64,000 nt of DNA from an uncultured Candidatus Actinomarina sp. (GTDB lineage: Bacteria > Actinomycetota > Acidimicrobiia > Actinomarinales > Actinomarinaceae). Position 1 is the first letter of the stretch. The number at the start of each line of letters is the position of its first letter. The stretch spans positions 34,778 to 98,777 of the forward strand of contig CACOKA010000001.1 of assembly GCA_902627635.1 (NCBI GenBank), in the 5' to 3' direction. Below, in pieces: positions 29,210-38,169 of this stretch. The notes beneath the pieces are model-generated. The model ran no database searches, was not told the origin of the DNA, and worked only from the letters and a program-made list of their open reading frames with translations. The translations under genes were made by a program, and so were the position numbers.

Positions 29210-30244
29210 GTGGTAGAAAAAAAATTTATTGATTACCTCAAAAATAAATACAGTCAAAACTATTTATACTTTGATGAATTCATGCAGGAATGTCTTTACT
29301 CTGATTATGGATTTTTTGCAAAGGGTGAAGTCCGCTCTAGTACATCTGGTGATTTTTTAACTTCACCAGAAGTATCTAATTATTTTGGATTATTTATTTC
29401 AAACTGGATAAAAGAAAATAGAATCAATAGCAATTCAAATATACTTGAAGTTGGAGCAGGAACAGGTTCACTTGCGAATCAGGTGTCAAAGTATCTTGAA
29501 AAAGAAATCTATGTATCAGAAATTTCATTAAATGCCCTTAAAGCACTTAAGAATAAAAATTTTTTGGTTGATAGCAATTTAGACAACTTTGGTTCATCAC
29601 AGGTAAAAACTATTTATATGAATGAAGTGTTAGATAATATACCTTGTTCTGTCGGTATAGAAGTAGACAATACTTGGTATGAAAAAACAATTGAATTTAC
29701 AAATGATAATGAACTTAGATATGGAAAAGTAAAAATGCGTGAATCAAATCTTAAATGGATTAAAAAGTATAATTTTTTAGACAACCAAGATAATGAGCTT
29801 GAAATTCAATACAACACGGAACAATTTTTAGATGGACTCATCAAAAAAGTTGACCCAAATCATCTACTAATTTTTGATTATGGATTCGAATACGAAAAGA
29901 GAAATCTAAAACCATATAAATCATTAATTAGAACTTATAAAGAACATCATCTTTCAAGTGATCCAATAGAAATGCCTACGGAGACCGATATCACGTACGA
30001 TGTAAATTTTTCCTTTTTAAAACAATATTTTGAAGAAAATAATTTTGAATACAAAATTATGAAACAATATGAATTTCTTGATAAGTATGGTTACCAGGAA
30101 ATTTATTCAAGTTTAAAAAACCAATTTGTAGAAACTTATGGCGTAGACCAACTTAAATTAAAATCAGATATTGTTGGGCTAGAAGCAATACATAATGATC
30201 GTGGTCTAGGAGGTTTTTACTGTATTGAGGCCAAAAAACTATAA
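29210..30244 (+). CDS. MidA/NDUFAF7-family (DUF185) SAM-dependent methyltransferase
   Basis: SGDFLTSPEVSNYFGLF...W and ILEVGAGTGSLA motifs match the NDUFAF7/MidA signature (GDFITSPEISQ.FGEL, LVE.GPGRGTL). Starts 5 nt after the nuoN stop. Confidence 0.7.
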   Translation: MVEKKFIDYLKNKYSQNYLYFDEFMQECLYSDYGFFAKGEVRSSTSGDFLTSPEVSNYFGLFISNWIKENRINSNSNILEVGAGTGSLANQVSKYLEKEIYVSEISLNALKALKNKNFLVDSNLDNFGSSQVKTIYMNEVLDNIPCSVGIEVDNTWYEKTIEFTNDNELRYGKVKMRESNLKWIKKYNFLDNQDNELEIQYNTEQFLDGLIKKVDPNHLLIFDYGFEYEKRNLKPYKSLIRTYKEHHLSSDPIEMPTETDITYDVNFSFLKQYFEENNFEYKIMKQYEFLDKYGYQEIYSSLKNQFVETYGVDQLKLKSDIVGLEAIHNDRGLGGFYCIEAKKL

Positions 30245-30268
30245 GCCAGATAAATTATAATTAAAAAT

Positions 30269-31108
30269 ATGAATGTTTTAAAAACTACTACTTTATTAAC
30301 GCTTATGACTGTTTTAGTAATATTTACTGCTCAAGCACTGGGTTTTGATCTTATTTTTTCTTTGTTCTTTGCTTTTCTCTTTAATTTCATAATGTATTTT
30401 TATTCATCTCGAATAGCACTTGCTTCAACCAGAGCAAGAAAAATTGAAGATGGAGAATATGATGAGGTTAGAGAAATAATTACTTTTCTTGCACAAAAAG
30501 AAAAAATGCCAATGCCTGAACTTTATGTAATCGAAAGTGACCAACCAAATGCGTTCGCTACAGGAAGAAATCCAAAAAATTCTGCTGTTGCTGTTACAAC
30601 AGGGATTATGAAAGTTCTAAATAGAGATGAGCTTGAGGGTGTTCTAGCTCATGAATTATCACATATCAAAAATAGAGATATCTTAGTATCAAGTATCGCA
30701 GCGATGCTTGCAGCTGCAATTTCATTTATGTCAAGAATGGCTTTTTGGGGCGGGGGACAGAGAGATAGAGGAACACATCCATTTATTATCTTGATAGCAT
30801 TTATCGCAGCGCCTATTGCATCTTTAATAATTAGATTGGCAATATCAAGAACTAGAGAATATGGAGCAGACAAAACAGGTTCTTCCATATCTGGAAATCC
30901 ACTAGCATTAGCCTCAGCTCTTGAAAAGATTGAGATGTATTCAAAAAACCCATTGAATGTTAATCCGGCCGTTAGTCAGTTGTTTATATCTGATCCTTTA
31001 AAATCATTTACTGGTTCTGGATTGAGAAAATTGTTTTCTACCCACCCACCAACTAAAGAAAGAGTAAGAAGGCTCAGAGAGGAAGCTAGTGGAATTAGAT
31101 ATAGATAA
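30269..31108 (+). CDS. htpX: Zinc metalloprotease HtpX (M48)
   Basis: N-terminal TM helices, HELSHIKNRD zinc motif, and a conserved C-terminal region. Confidence 0.9.
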   Translation: MNVLKTTTLLTLMTVLVIFTAQALGFDLIFSLFFAFLFNFIMYFYSSRIALASTRARKIEDGEYDEVREIITFLAQKEKMPMPELYVIESDQPNAFATGRNPKNSAVAVTTGIMKVLNRDELEGVLAHELSHIKNRDILVSSIAAMLAAAISFMSRMAFWGGGQRDRGTHPFIILIAFIAAPIASLIIRLAISRTREYGADKTGSSISGNPLALASALEKIEMYSKNPLNVNPAVSQLFISDPLKSFTGSGLRKLFSTHPPTKERVRRLREEASGIRYR

Positions 31109-31448
31109 TACTGGGGACTCAACAGGTGTTTTTCCAAATGAACTAGATACTAAATTATCATCGGGCTGGAGTTTGATAGATGTTAGGGAAGATGATGAAT
31201 GGACATATGGACATCATCAGCAAGCAAAACATATAAAGATGAGTGAAGTACCAGAAAGCTTAGAATTATTTGATCAGGAATCTTCTTATATTATTGTATG
31301 TAGATCAGGTCACAGATCAGGCAAGGTTTCAGAGTATTTAAATTCGCTTGGTTATCAATCTTATAATCTTATTGGTGGAATGAAAAAGCTCTCCAATGAA
31401 TCTAATAAAATCGTCGGTTCTGATGGAAATCCAGGTATTATCATTTAA
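31089..31448 (+). CDS. Rhodanese-domain sulfurtransferase
   Basis: LIDVREDDEW...IIVCRSGHRSG is a rhodanese active-site loop (CRSGHRS). GTG start overlaps the htpX end. Confidence 0.75.
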   Translation: MELDIDNTGDSTGVFPNELDTKLSSGWSLIDVREDDEWTYGHHQQAKHIKMSEVPESLELFDQESSYIIVCRSGHRSGKVSEYLNSLGYQSYNLIGGMKKLSNESNKIVGSDGNPGIII

Positions 31449-31457
31449 AATCAATTT

Positions 31458-32417
31458 GTGATTATTTGTATTGGAAATGCACTTGTTGATTCACTTCAAC
31501 AAATCGAAGAAGATGTTATTAATAAACTAAACCTTAACAAAGCAAGAATGACTCTTGTTGATAAAGAGAGATCAAACTTTTTACTTAACAATATGCAAAA
31601 CCCGACTTATGCTGCAGGAGGCTCTGCAGCAAATACGGCTTATTGGATAGCGGCCTTAGGAGGTTCCGTAGGATTTATTGGTAAAATCTCAGATGATGAT
31701 CTTGGAAAACAGTTCAGGTCAAGTTTATCTGAGCATGGGCTCAGTGACTTTACAGTTCTTGAAGAAGAAAATGAACAAACTGGATTGTGTGCAATTTTTA
31801 TAACACCAGATGGTGAACGAACAATGAATACATATTTAGGAGCTGGTGCCCAGTTATCAATGGGAGATCTTAATGAGGAGTCTATAAAAAATTGCAACAT
31901 TTTATATATGGAAGGTTATTTGTGGGACAGGTTACCAAGCAAAGAAGCATTTATGTATGCATCATCGATAAATAAACAATCTGGTGGAAAAAATGCTTTG
32001 TCTTTATCAGATGTTTTTTGTGTTGAAGCACATAGAGAAAGTTTTGTTGATCTAATAAAAGAAAATATAGACTATGTATTTTGTAACGAAGATGAAATAA
32101 AAGCCCTTACAGAACAGCAATCCATTGAAAAGTCATTAGATTTTATAAATAAAAATTTTCCTAAACTTGATCAACTTATATGCACATTAGGAGCTAAAGG
32201 GGCCATAGTTATGAAAGAAAATATACAGTATTTCTTTGAAGCTACAGAAGCAAAGGTTGTTGATAAAACAGGTGCAGGGGATTATTTTGCTGCAGGATAT
32301 TTATTTGGAATAGAAGAAAAATTATCTCTGCAGGAGACTGCATTAATTGCAAATAAAAGTGCTGCCCATGTAATTAGTGAAATTGGAGTAAGGCCAGAAA
32401 AGCCATTTAATCTTTAA
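31458..32417 (+). CDS. PfkB-family carbohydrate/nucleoside kinase (adenosine-kinase-like)
   Basis: N-terminal GG motif region (AAGGSAANTA) and C-terminal DKTGAGDYFAAGYLFG signature. Confidence 0.8.
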   Translation: MIICIGNALVDSLQQIEEDVINKLNLNKARMTLVDKERSNFLLNNMQNPTYAAGGSAANTAYWIAALGGSVGFIGKISDDDLGKQFRSSLSEHGLSDFTVLEEENEQTGLCAIFITPDGERTMNTYLGAGAQLSMGDLNEESIKNCNILYMEGYLWDRLPSKEAFMYASSINKQSGGKNALSLSDVFCVEAHRESFVDLIKENIDYVFCNEDEIKALTEQQSIEKSLDFINKNFPKLDQLICTLGAKGAIVMKENIQYFFEATEAKVVDKTGAGDYFAAGYLFGIEEKLSLQETALIANKSAAHVISEIGVRPEKPFNL

Positions 32418-33358
32418 ATTTTTTTTATATCTTCTCGAAGCCTATTGAGATAAAGACCAGCAAAAATAAAAAGTGTTCCCATCACAAGATAGAGTAGAGC
32501 ACCAAGTTCTGGAAATATTTCATAAATTAAAAACGAAAGATTAACTAATAAATCAATTGATCCTACAAAAAGAATTGTTTGACTTGTTAATCGGACGCTT
32601 AACCATATCAAAACAGTTGAGAGTAAAATATTGAGGATTTTTCCGATTAATTCATCACTGCCAAGGTATGAATCAATAATTCCCATACCAGTTACTAATG
32701 AGATACTTGAAAGAAAATATCCTAACCATTTTGGTTCAAATACTTTATATGTATACCTTAAAAAATATGAACCAATTAATAACTGAGAAGCACCATAAAG
32801 CAAATCATTAAAAGTTTCGAAGGATAAAAATTCTAAAAGGTTAAATAAAAGTACTTGTGAACTTACAAAGAGTGTAAATTGTTGATATAAATATCTTGTC
32901 TTATTGAATAAATATATAGACAAAATAAAAATTAAAAAAGATGTTATCGTATTTGAAATTTCTTCTGCAATATTTAAAAACTCAAATATAAATAACAATG
33001 TAAAACCAGAAGCTCCTGTAGCTAATAAAAATAAAAAGTTTCTTAAAGTTTCACTTGAATCAAATAAAAATGTGTTTCCTTGATATTTTTTTTCAATATA
33101 AAAAGCTGAATAAAAAAGTACAAACGTAAATAAAACTAATAATATTAATTGAGCCCAATTTGGAATTTGCTCAATAAGTGGAGTTATCCCACTAAATACT
33201 AAAAGTCCTCCAATTAAAATTATTGTTTTTGAGAGGGTTCCTTTTTCTGTTTTTTGTGGTTCACTACTTTCAAAACTTTCAATTGAAGAAAAAACATCTT
33301 GAGTTATTAAATCATTATCAAGCCATGTCTTTAGTTTTTTTTGAATTTTTTTATCCAC
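32414..33358 (-). CDS. Hypothetical polytopic membrane protein (DUF2157-like N-terminus)
   Basis: 314 aa with 8 or more TM helices. The N-terminus LKTWLDNDLITQDVFSSI resembles DUF2157. Confidence 0.45.
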   Translation of the reverse strand: MDKKIQKKLKTWLDNDLITQDVFSSIESFESSEPQKTEKGTLSKTIILIGGLLVFSGITPLIEQIPNWAQLILLVLFTFVLFYSAFYIEKKYQGNTFLFDSSETLRNFLFLLATGASGFTLLFIFEFLNIAEEISNTITSFLIFILSIYLFNKTRYLYQQFTLFVSSQVLLFNLLEFLSFETFNDLLYGASQLLIGSYFLRYTYKVFEPKWLGYFLSSISLVTGMGIIDSYLGSDELIGKILNILLSTVLIWLSVRLTSQTILFVGSIDLLVNLSFLIYEIFPELGALLYLVMGTLFIFAGLYLNRLREDIKKI

Positions 33359-33435
33359 AAACTAATCCTAATCAAATTAAATTACCTCTTACGAAAATTC
33401 ATATTTAATCTAAACTTTAAAAATGACTAATTTTT

Positions 33436-33517
33436 GCCGGGATGCCCGAGCGGCCAAAGGGAGCAGACTGTAAATCTGCCGGCTATGCCTACGTAGGTTC
33501 GAATCCTTCTCCCGGCA
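33436..33517 (+). tRNA. tRNA-Tyr (GTA), type II with long variable arm
   Basis: Cloverleaf read by eye: acceptor GCCGGGA/TCCCGGC, anticodon loop cuGUAaa, long variable arm, T-loop GGTTCGAAT. No encoded CCA. Confidence 0.85.
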
Positions 33518-33520
33518 CAC

Positions 33521-33593
33521 GCCCTCTTAGCTCAGTTGGTAGAGCACTTCCATGGTAAGGAAGAGGTCTCCGGTTCAATCCCGGAAGAGGGCT
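33521..33593 (+). tRNA. tRNA-Thr (GGT)
   Basis: Acceptor GCCCTCT/AGAGGGC, D-arm TAGCTCAGTTGGTAGAGCA, anticodon loop atGGTaa, T-arm GGTTCAATCC. Confidence 0.85.
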
Positions 33594-33620
33594 CACAAGT
33601 CTATAATTAGTTTTAGATTT

Positions 33621-33694
33621 GGCGGCGTAGCTCAGTTGGTAAGAGCGCACGACTCATAATCGTGAGGTCGGCAGTTCAAGTCTGCCCGCCGCTA
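33621..33694 (+). tRNA. tRNA-Met (CAT), elongator type. A lysidine tRNA-Ile2 cannot be excluded
   Basis: GGCGGCGTAGCTCAGTTGGTAAGAGC..., anticodon loop cuCATaa, T-arm GGCAGTTCAAGTCTGCC. Confidence 0.8.
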
Positions 33695-33716
33695 CAACAA
33701 AATAAAGGAGAAAATA

Positions 33717-33878
33717 ATGGCTTCAGATAAGAGACCACCAATTACATTGGTATGTACTGAAACTGGAGATCACAATTATGTGACTACTAAAAATAAAACA
33801 AATACGCCAGATAGACTGGAGTTAATGAAATATAGTCCAAGATTGAGAAAACATACTTTGCATAGAGAAAAAAGATAG
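33717..33878 (+). CDS. rpmG: 50S ribosomal protein L33
   Basis: Not in the ORF track (53 aa). The translation [53 protein letters not shown] matches the L33 consensus (NY.TTKNK.N.PDRLEL.KY.P...KHT.H.E.K). AAGGAG Shine-Dalgarno 7 nt upstream. Confidence 0.85.
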   Translation: MASDKRPPITLVCTETGDHNYVTTKNKTNTPDRLELMKYSPRLRKHTLHREKR

Positions 33879-33908
33879 AAAAACTAGAAATTTACTTTAT
33901 TCTTAATA

Positions 33909-34496
33909 TTGATGGAAAATATCGCAAAACTAAATAACTTTGGTGAAGACGTCTCAAATTCTGAACTTGTGAAAAAATCACAACTTGGAGACAAAAGTGC
34001 TTTTGAAGAACTCGTAAAACGTCATCAAGAATTAGTTTTTTCACTTTCCTTCAAATTAACTGGAAATCGAGAACTAGCTAATGATGTAGCCCAAGAAGCA
34101 TTTATTAGAGCATGGAAAGCAATAGAAAAATTTAGAGGTGACTCAACTTTCGGAACATGGATTTACAGGATTACAGTAAATACAGCTTGGACTTTAAGAA
34201 AAAAAGCAAAGAAACACTACTCACTTAATATTGAAGATACCCAAGAACCAGTCGTTGTTGATGAGAAAAAAGATCCTGAACTTGTTGCTATTAACTCTGA
34301 TTTGTCCATAGTCTTAAGGAAGGCTTTAAACAAAATCCCATTGGAACAAAGAATTATTGTTGAACTAAAAAATATCGAAGGCCGATCACATAAAGAAATT
34401 GCAGATTATTTAGATATTAGTGTCACGGCTGCAAAAGTAAGACTGCACAGAGCTCATCAAAAATTAAGAAATATACTTGAGGAAATTGAAGTATGA
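33909..34496 (+). CDS. ECF-type RNA polymerase sigma-70 factor
   Basis: Region 2 (FEELVKRHQELVFSLSFKLTGNRELANDVAQEAFIRAWKAI) and region 4 HTH (RSHKEIADYLDISVTAAKVRLHRA). Confidence 0.8.
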   Translation: MMENIAKLNNFGEDVSNSELVKKSQLGDKSAFEELVKRHQELVFSLSFKLTGNRELANDVAQEAFIRAWKAIEKFRGDSTFGTWIYRITVNTAWTLRKKAKKHYSLNIEDTQEPVVVDEKKDPELVAINSDLSIVLRKALNKIPLEQRIIVELKNIEGRSHKEIADYLDISVTAAKVRLHRAHQKLRNILEEIEV

Positions 34497-34873
34497 AAAA
34501 TCTATTTGAAAACCTAAGAGATAATTTAATTTGTAGAAGAAAAAGAAGTCATATGATGAGAACTTACTTGAGTGGCAAATATTTCATGTTCGACTCGGAT
34601 AATCATATTTCTTTTTGTCCTAAATGTCAGATTGCTGGAAAAAGATATAAAGCGTTTAGGGAGGAACTAGAATCTGAGATAAATAAAGAAGTTGAAGTAC
34701 CAAATGATTTTGCATCAAAAGTAATTGATTCTTTAGATAAAAAAGTAAAAACAACTACTAATAAGGGAACAAAAATAATACTATTGTCTTTGATTGGTTT
34801 AATATCATTATTAATTTTAGTTTTTGGAATAAAGCGCTCTTCTAACGAGACTGATGATATTGAAAAAGATTAG
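34493..34873 (+). CDS. Putative zf-HC2 anti-sigma factor (single-pass membrane)
   Basis: Translationally coupled to the ECF sigma gene (ATGA overlap). H-x3-C-x2-C motif (HISFCPKCQ) and a C-terminal TM helix. Confidence 0.55.
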   Translation: MKNLFENLRDNLICRRKRSHMMRTYLSGKYFMFDSDNHISFCPKCQIAGKRYKAFREELESEINKEVEVPNDFASKVIDSLDKKVKTTTNKGTKIILLSLIGLISLLILVFGIKRSSNETDDIEKD

Positions 34874-34945
34874 GGGTGTAGCTCTAACTGGCAGAGCGCC
34901 GGTCTCCAAAACCGGAGGTTGTGAGTTCGAATCTCACCGCCCCTG
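34873..34945 (+). tRNA. tRNA-Trp (CCA). The 5' boundary is +/-1 nt
   Basis: AGGGGTGTAGCTC...CCGGTCTCCAAAACCGG...GTTCGAATC...CGCCCCTG. Closely resembles bacterial tRNA-Trp with anticodon CCA. Confidence 0.85.
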
Positions 34946-34958
34946 CTAAGAGGTAATT

Positions 34959-35258
34959 ATGAATGAAATGAATAGAGAAATGAGAAGAATGTCTGAGCGT
35001 GAAGAACGCTTGGCAAAAAAAGCTGATAGAAATATTGGAAAATACAACAATGAAAAAGTTACTCGATTTAAAAGAATATCTAATTATATGGGTGAGGTGA
35101 GAACTGAATTAAAGAGAGTAAATTGGCCCTCAACCCAAATCCTTTCAACATTTACCATTGTTACTATTGTCACAATAATTACAATGACCTTACTTATTTT
35201 TGGAATGGATTTTGGTTTTAAAAATACTCTAATTAGCATGTTATCTCTTGGAGGATAA
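34959..35258 (+). CDS. secE: Preprotein translocase subunit SecE (with actinobacterial-type N-terminal extension)
   Basis: Conserved motif GEVRTELKRVNWPS followed by a single TM helix. Position tRNA-Trp-secE-nusG. Confidence 0.8.
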   Translation: MNEMNREMRRMSEREERLAKKADRNIGKYNNEKVTRFKRISNYMGEVRTELKRVNWPSTQILSTFTIVTIVTIITMTLLIFGMDFGFKNTLISMLSLGG

Positions 35259-35261
35259 ATT

Positions 35262-35873
35262 ATGAGCGAAGACACAGTTGTAGAAGAAGTAGAAGAAGTA
35301 GAAGATCAAGAATCTTCAGTACATCCTTATGATCTTCCAGGAGAATGGTTTGTATTAAACGCCCAGTCTGGTCACGAAAAAAAAGTACAAACAAACATAC
35401 TTACAAGAATTAAGAATTTACATCTCGAAGAAAAAGTTTACGAAGTTGTTATTCCTACTGATGAAGTGGTAGAAATTAGAAACGGTAAAAAAGTCAATAT
35501 TGAGAAAAAAACTTTTCCAGGGTATGTTCTTGTCAGAATGGATTTAGACGACACAACATGGTACGAAATTAGGAACACTCCTTCAGTAATTGGCTTTGTA
35601 GGTTCTGGTAAAGTTCCAATTCCACTTTCAAAAAGAGAAGTTGAAAGAATTCTTGGAACCAATGAAGAAATTGAAGTTAAGAAGGAAAGTCCAAAATTCA
35701 AACCAGACTTTGAGGTTGGTGAAACTGTTCGAGTCACAACAGGGCCTTTTGCAGATTTCAATGGAATCATAGAGGAAATAAATTTAGACCAATCAAAAGT
35801 TACAGTATTAGTTAATATATTTGGAAGAGAAACACCTGTGGAGCTAGGCTTTACAGATATAGTTAAAAATTAA
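35262..35873 (+). CDS. nusG: Transcription termination/antitermination factor NusG
   Basis: NGN domain (WFVLNAQSGHEKKV, FPGYVLVRM) and KOW domain (GETVRVTTGPFADFNGIIEEI). Confidence 0.9.
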   Translation: MSEDTVVEEVEEVEDQESSVHPYDLPGEWFVLNAQSGHEKKVQTNILTRIKNLHLEEKVYEVVIPTDEVVEIRNGKKVNIEKKTFPGYVLVRMDLDDTTWYEIRNTPSVIGFVGSGKVPIPLSKREVERILGTNEEIEVKKESPKFKPDFEVGETVRVTTGPFADFNGIIEEINLDQSKVTVLVNIFGRETPVELGFTDIVKN

Positions 35874-35879
35874 TAAATT

Positions 35880-36305
35880 ATGGCAAAAGAAGTAAAAGCA
35901 AAATTAAAGTTACAGATTCCTGGTGGCGGAGCGACACCTGCTCCACCTGTAGGCTCAGCGTTGGGACAATATGGTGTAAACATAATGGACTTTGTTCAAG
36001 CTTTTAACAACGATACATCAAGCAGACAGGGTGAAACAGTTCCTGTTGAAATTGTTATCTATGAAGACAATTCATTTACATTTGAAACAAAAACTGCTCC
36101 TGCATCTTTTTTAATTAAAAAAGCAATTGGTTTAGAGTCTGGGTCTCCTGAACCACATAAAGAAAAAGTTGCATCCATTACTAAATCACAACTTGAAACA
36201 ATCGCGGAAACAAAAATGAAAGATTTAAATGCTAACGATTTAGAAGCAGCTGTAAAAATTATTGCAGGAACAGCCCGATCAATGGGAGTTACTGTAGAAA
36301 ACTAA
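35880..36305 (+). CDS. rplK: 50S ribosomal protein L11
   Basis: [30 protein letters not shown] is a canonical L11 sequence. Confidence 0.95.
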   Translation: MAKEVKAKLKLQIPGGGATPAPPVGSALGQYGVNIMDFVQAFNNDTSSRQGETVPVEIVIYEDNSFTFETKTAPASFLIKKAIGLESGSPEPHKEKVASITKSQLETIAETKMKDLNANDLEAAVKIIAGTARSMGVTVEN

Positions 36306-36346
36306 TATTTTGGGAGACAAAAGTCGCCTGTACCAAAAGGAGAATA

Positions 36347-37024
36347 ATGAAAAAACAAGGTAAAAGATATAAAGCAATAAAAAACCAAATTCCTGAGGAA
36401 AAACAAGACATTTCCAATGCTTTAAAAATTTGTAAAGAAACTGCTAGTGCAAAATTTGATGAGTCTATTGATGTTGTCTTTTCTCTAAATTTAGACACAA
36501 AAGATCCAGAACAGAATATTAGAACAACTGTATCACTACCAAATGGAACTGGTAAGGACGTAAGAATTGCTGTTTTTGCAGGTGGAGAGGCTTTAACTGA
36601 AGCAGAGAAAGCCGGTGCAGATATTGTTGGTGGTAAAGATTTAGCAACAAAAGTTTCATCTGAAGAAAAACTCGATGCTGATATTGTGATTTCCACTCCT
36701 GAAATGATGGCTGAGGTAGGACAACTCGGTAAAATCCTAGGACCTCAGGGATTAATGCCAAATCCAAAAACTGGGACAGTTACTCCAAATGTCGCAAAGG
36801 CAGTTGAGGATTTTAAAAAAGGAAAAGTAGAGATTAAAAATGATAAATTAGGAAATATACATTTAAGCGTTGGAAAAGTCTCATTTGAAGAATCAAGTCT
36901 TCTAGAAAATTTAAATGAGGTAATTGCCGAAGTCAATAAAGCAAAGCCAGCCTCCGCAAAGGTGATTATATTAAATCAGTATTTATATCATCGACAATGG
37001 GTCCCTCGATCCCTATTGAGATAA
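36347..37024 (+). CDS. rplA: 50S ribosomal protein L1, with an apparent frameshift near 36959-36961 (the conserved C-terminus lies in the +1 frame and runs to 37032)
   Basis: L1 motifs run through ...EVNKAKPASAK. The continuation in the adjacent frame, GDYIKSVFISSTMGPSIPIEINS, matches the conserved L1 C-terminus. The called frame instead gives the nonconserved tail VIILNQYLYHRQWVPRSLLR. Confidence 0.85.
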   Translation: MKKQGKRYKAIKNQIPEEKQDISNALKICKETASAKFDESIDVVFSLNLDTKDPEQNIRTTVSLPNGTGKDVRIAVFAGGEALTEAEKAGADIVGGKDLATKVSSEEKLDADIVISTPEMMAEVGQLGKILGPQGLMPNPKTGTVTPNVAKAVEDFKKGKVEIKNDKLGNIHLSVGKVSFEESSLLENLNEVIAEVNKAKPASAKVIILNQYLYHRQWVPRSLLR

Positions 37025-37134
37025 ATTCATAATTCACTTCCACTAATTTGCATTAACATATATACTTTTATAACAATTAAAACCAAAGACCGATAGTGGC
37101 TTGCCTTAATTTCTATCGCAGGTAAAAAGATGGT

Positions 37135-37156
37135 CCTTGGTTGCAAGGATTTTTTT
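37135..37156 (+). promoter_or_regulatory. Hairpin plus U-run sequestering the rplJ Shine-Dalgarno (possible L10 autoregulatory leader element)
   Basis: CCTTG-GTTG-CAAGG stem-loop followed by ATTTTTTT immediately before the rplJ ATG. The AAGGA SD lies in the 3' half of the stem. Confidence 0.25.
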
Positions 37157-37702
37157 ATGGTAAGAAAAGATAAAAAAGATAAAGTAAAAGAGCTTGAGGC
37201 CTTATTTCAGGAAGCGAACACTCTAGTACTATCTGAATATAGAGGACTAACTGTCAGTCAACAAACACAATTAAGAAGAAACCTGAAAAAAGCCGGAGCT
37301 ACTTTTAATGTTGTCAAGATGAGTCTTGCAAAGAGAGCTGCGTCTAATGTTGGGTTCGATGATATCTTAGATTATTTTTCAGGACCAACGGCAGTTACTG
37401 TTATTGAGTCAGACCCAGTTGAAGCAGCAAAAGTATTAAAAGAGTTTTCAAGTGACAATGAGTCATTTGTCGTTAAAGGTGGTTTAATGGATCAAAAGCC
37501 ACTATCTATTGATCAGCTTAATGTACTGGCATCAATTGAACCAAAAGAAGTTTTACTTGCAAAAATTGCTGGAGGATTTAATGCTCCATTGACCAAATTT
37601 GCATATGCACTAAAAGGTCTTACAAACAAAACAAGTTTTGCTTTACAGGCACTTATTGAAAAAAAAGAGTCTGGCGAAGAAATTAGTAAAGAGGAGGAAT
37701 AA
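37157..37702 (+). CDS. rplJ: 50S ribosomal protein L10
   Basis: [41 protein letters not shown] is an L10 N-terminus. ATG 37157 is in frame with track ORF 37130. Confidence 0.85.
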   Translation: MVRKDKKDKVKELEALFQEANTLVLSEYRGLTVSQQTQLRRNLKKAGATFNVVKMSLAKRAASNVGFDDILDYFSGPTAVTVIESDPVEAAKVLKEFSSDNESFVVKGGLMDQKPLSIDQLNVLASIEPKEVLLAKIAGGFNAPLTKFAYALKGLTNKTSFALQALIEKKESGEEISKEEE

Positions 37703-38088
37703 TGGCAAAAATGACAACAGAAGAAATATTAGGCGTTTTTGAAGAAATGTCTGTTCTTGAACTCAAAGAGTTCTTGGATGCTTTTGAAGAAAAATTTGAT
37801 GTCACTGCTGCTGCACCAGTTGCGGTTGCTGCAGCGCCTGCAGGTGGCGGTGAAGCTGCTGGAGGAGACGAAGCAAAAGATTCTTTTGATGTTGTTCTAG
37901 CAGATGCTGGTGGACAAAAAATACAAGTTATCAAGGAAGTTAGAGGATTAACTAGCCTTGGCCTAAAAGAGGCAAAAGAACTTGTTGACGGTGCTCCATC
38001 AGATATTCTCACAGGTGCTTCTAAAGAAGATGCTGAAAAAGCTAAAGAAGCCCTTGAGGGTGCTGGCGCAACTGTAGAACTTAAATAA
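37702..38088 (+). CDS. rplL: 50S ribosomal protein L7/L12
   Basis: Ala-rich hinge and the C-terminal domain [22 protein letters not shown]...[10 protein letters not shown]. Confidence 0.95.
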   Translation: MAKMTTEEILGVFEEMSVLELKEFLDAFEEKFDVTAAAPVAVAAAPAGGGEAAGGDEAKDSFDVVLADAGGQKIQVIKEVRGLTSLGLKEAKELVDGAPSDILTGASKEDAEKAKEALEGAGATVELK

Positions 38089-38169
38089 TTTTAACTTATT
38101 TGTTTACTTAAATATTAAGTACTAATATACTGTATCTTTCGGTAACACATTTAACATTTTTGAGGAGGC

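Noticed and set aside
33436-33700. tRNA cluster as a possible integration hotspot or mobile-element boundary
   Set aside because: No integrase, no direct repeat of a tRNA 3' end and no compositional shift nearby. The flanking genes (rpmG, secE) are the conserved core neighbours.
36289-36767. 135-aa and 82-aa minus-strand ORFs across rplK/rplA
   Set aside because: They are antisense to ribosomal protein genes with canonical sequences.
37683-38012. 109-aa Ala/Ser-rich minus-strand ORF
   Set aside because: It is the antisense of the Ala-rich L7/L12 gene. It is a compositional artefact.
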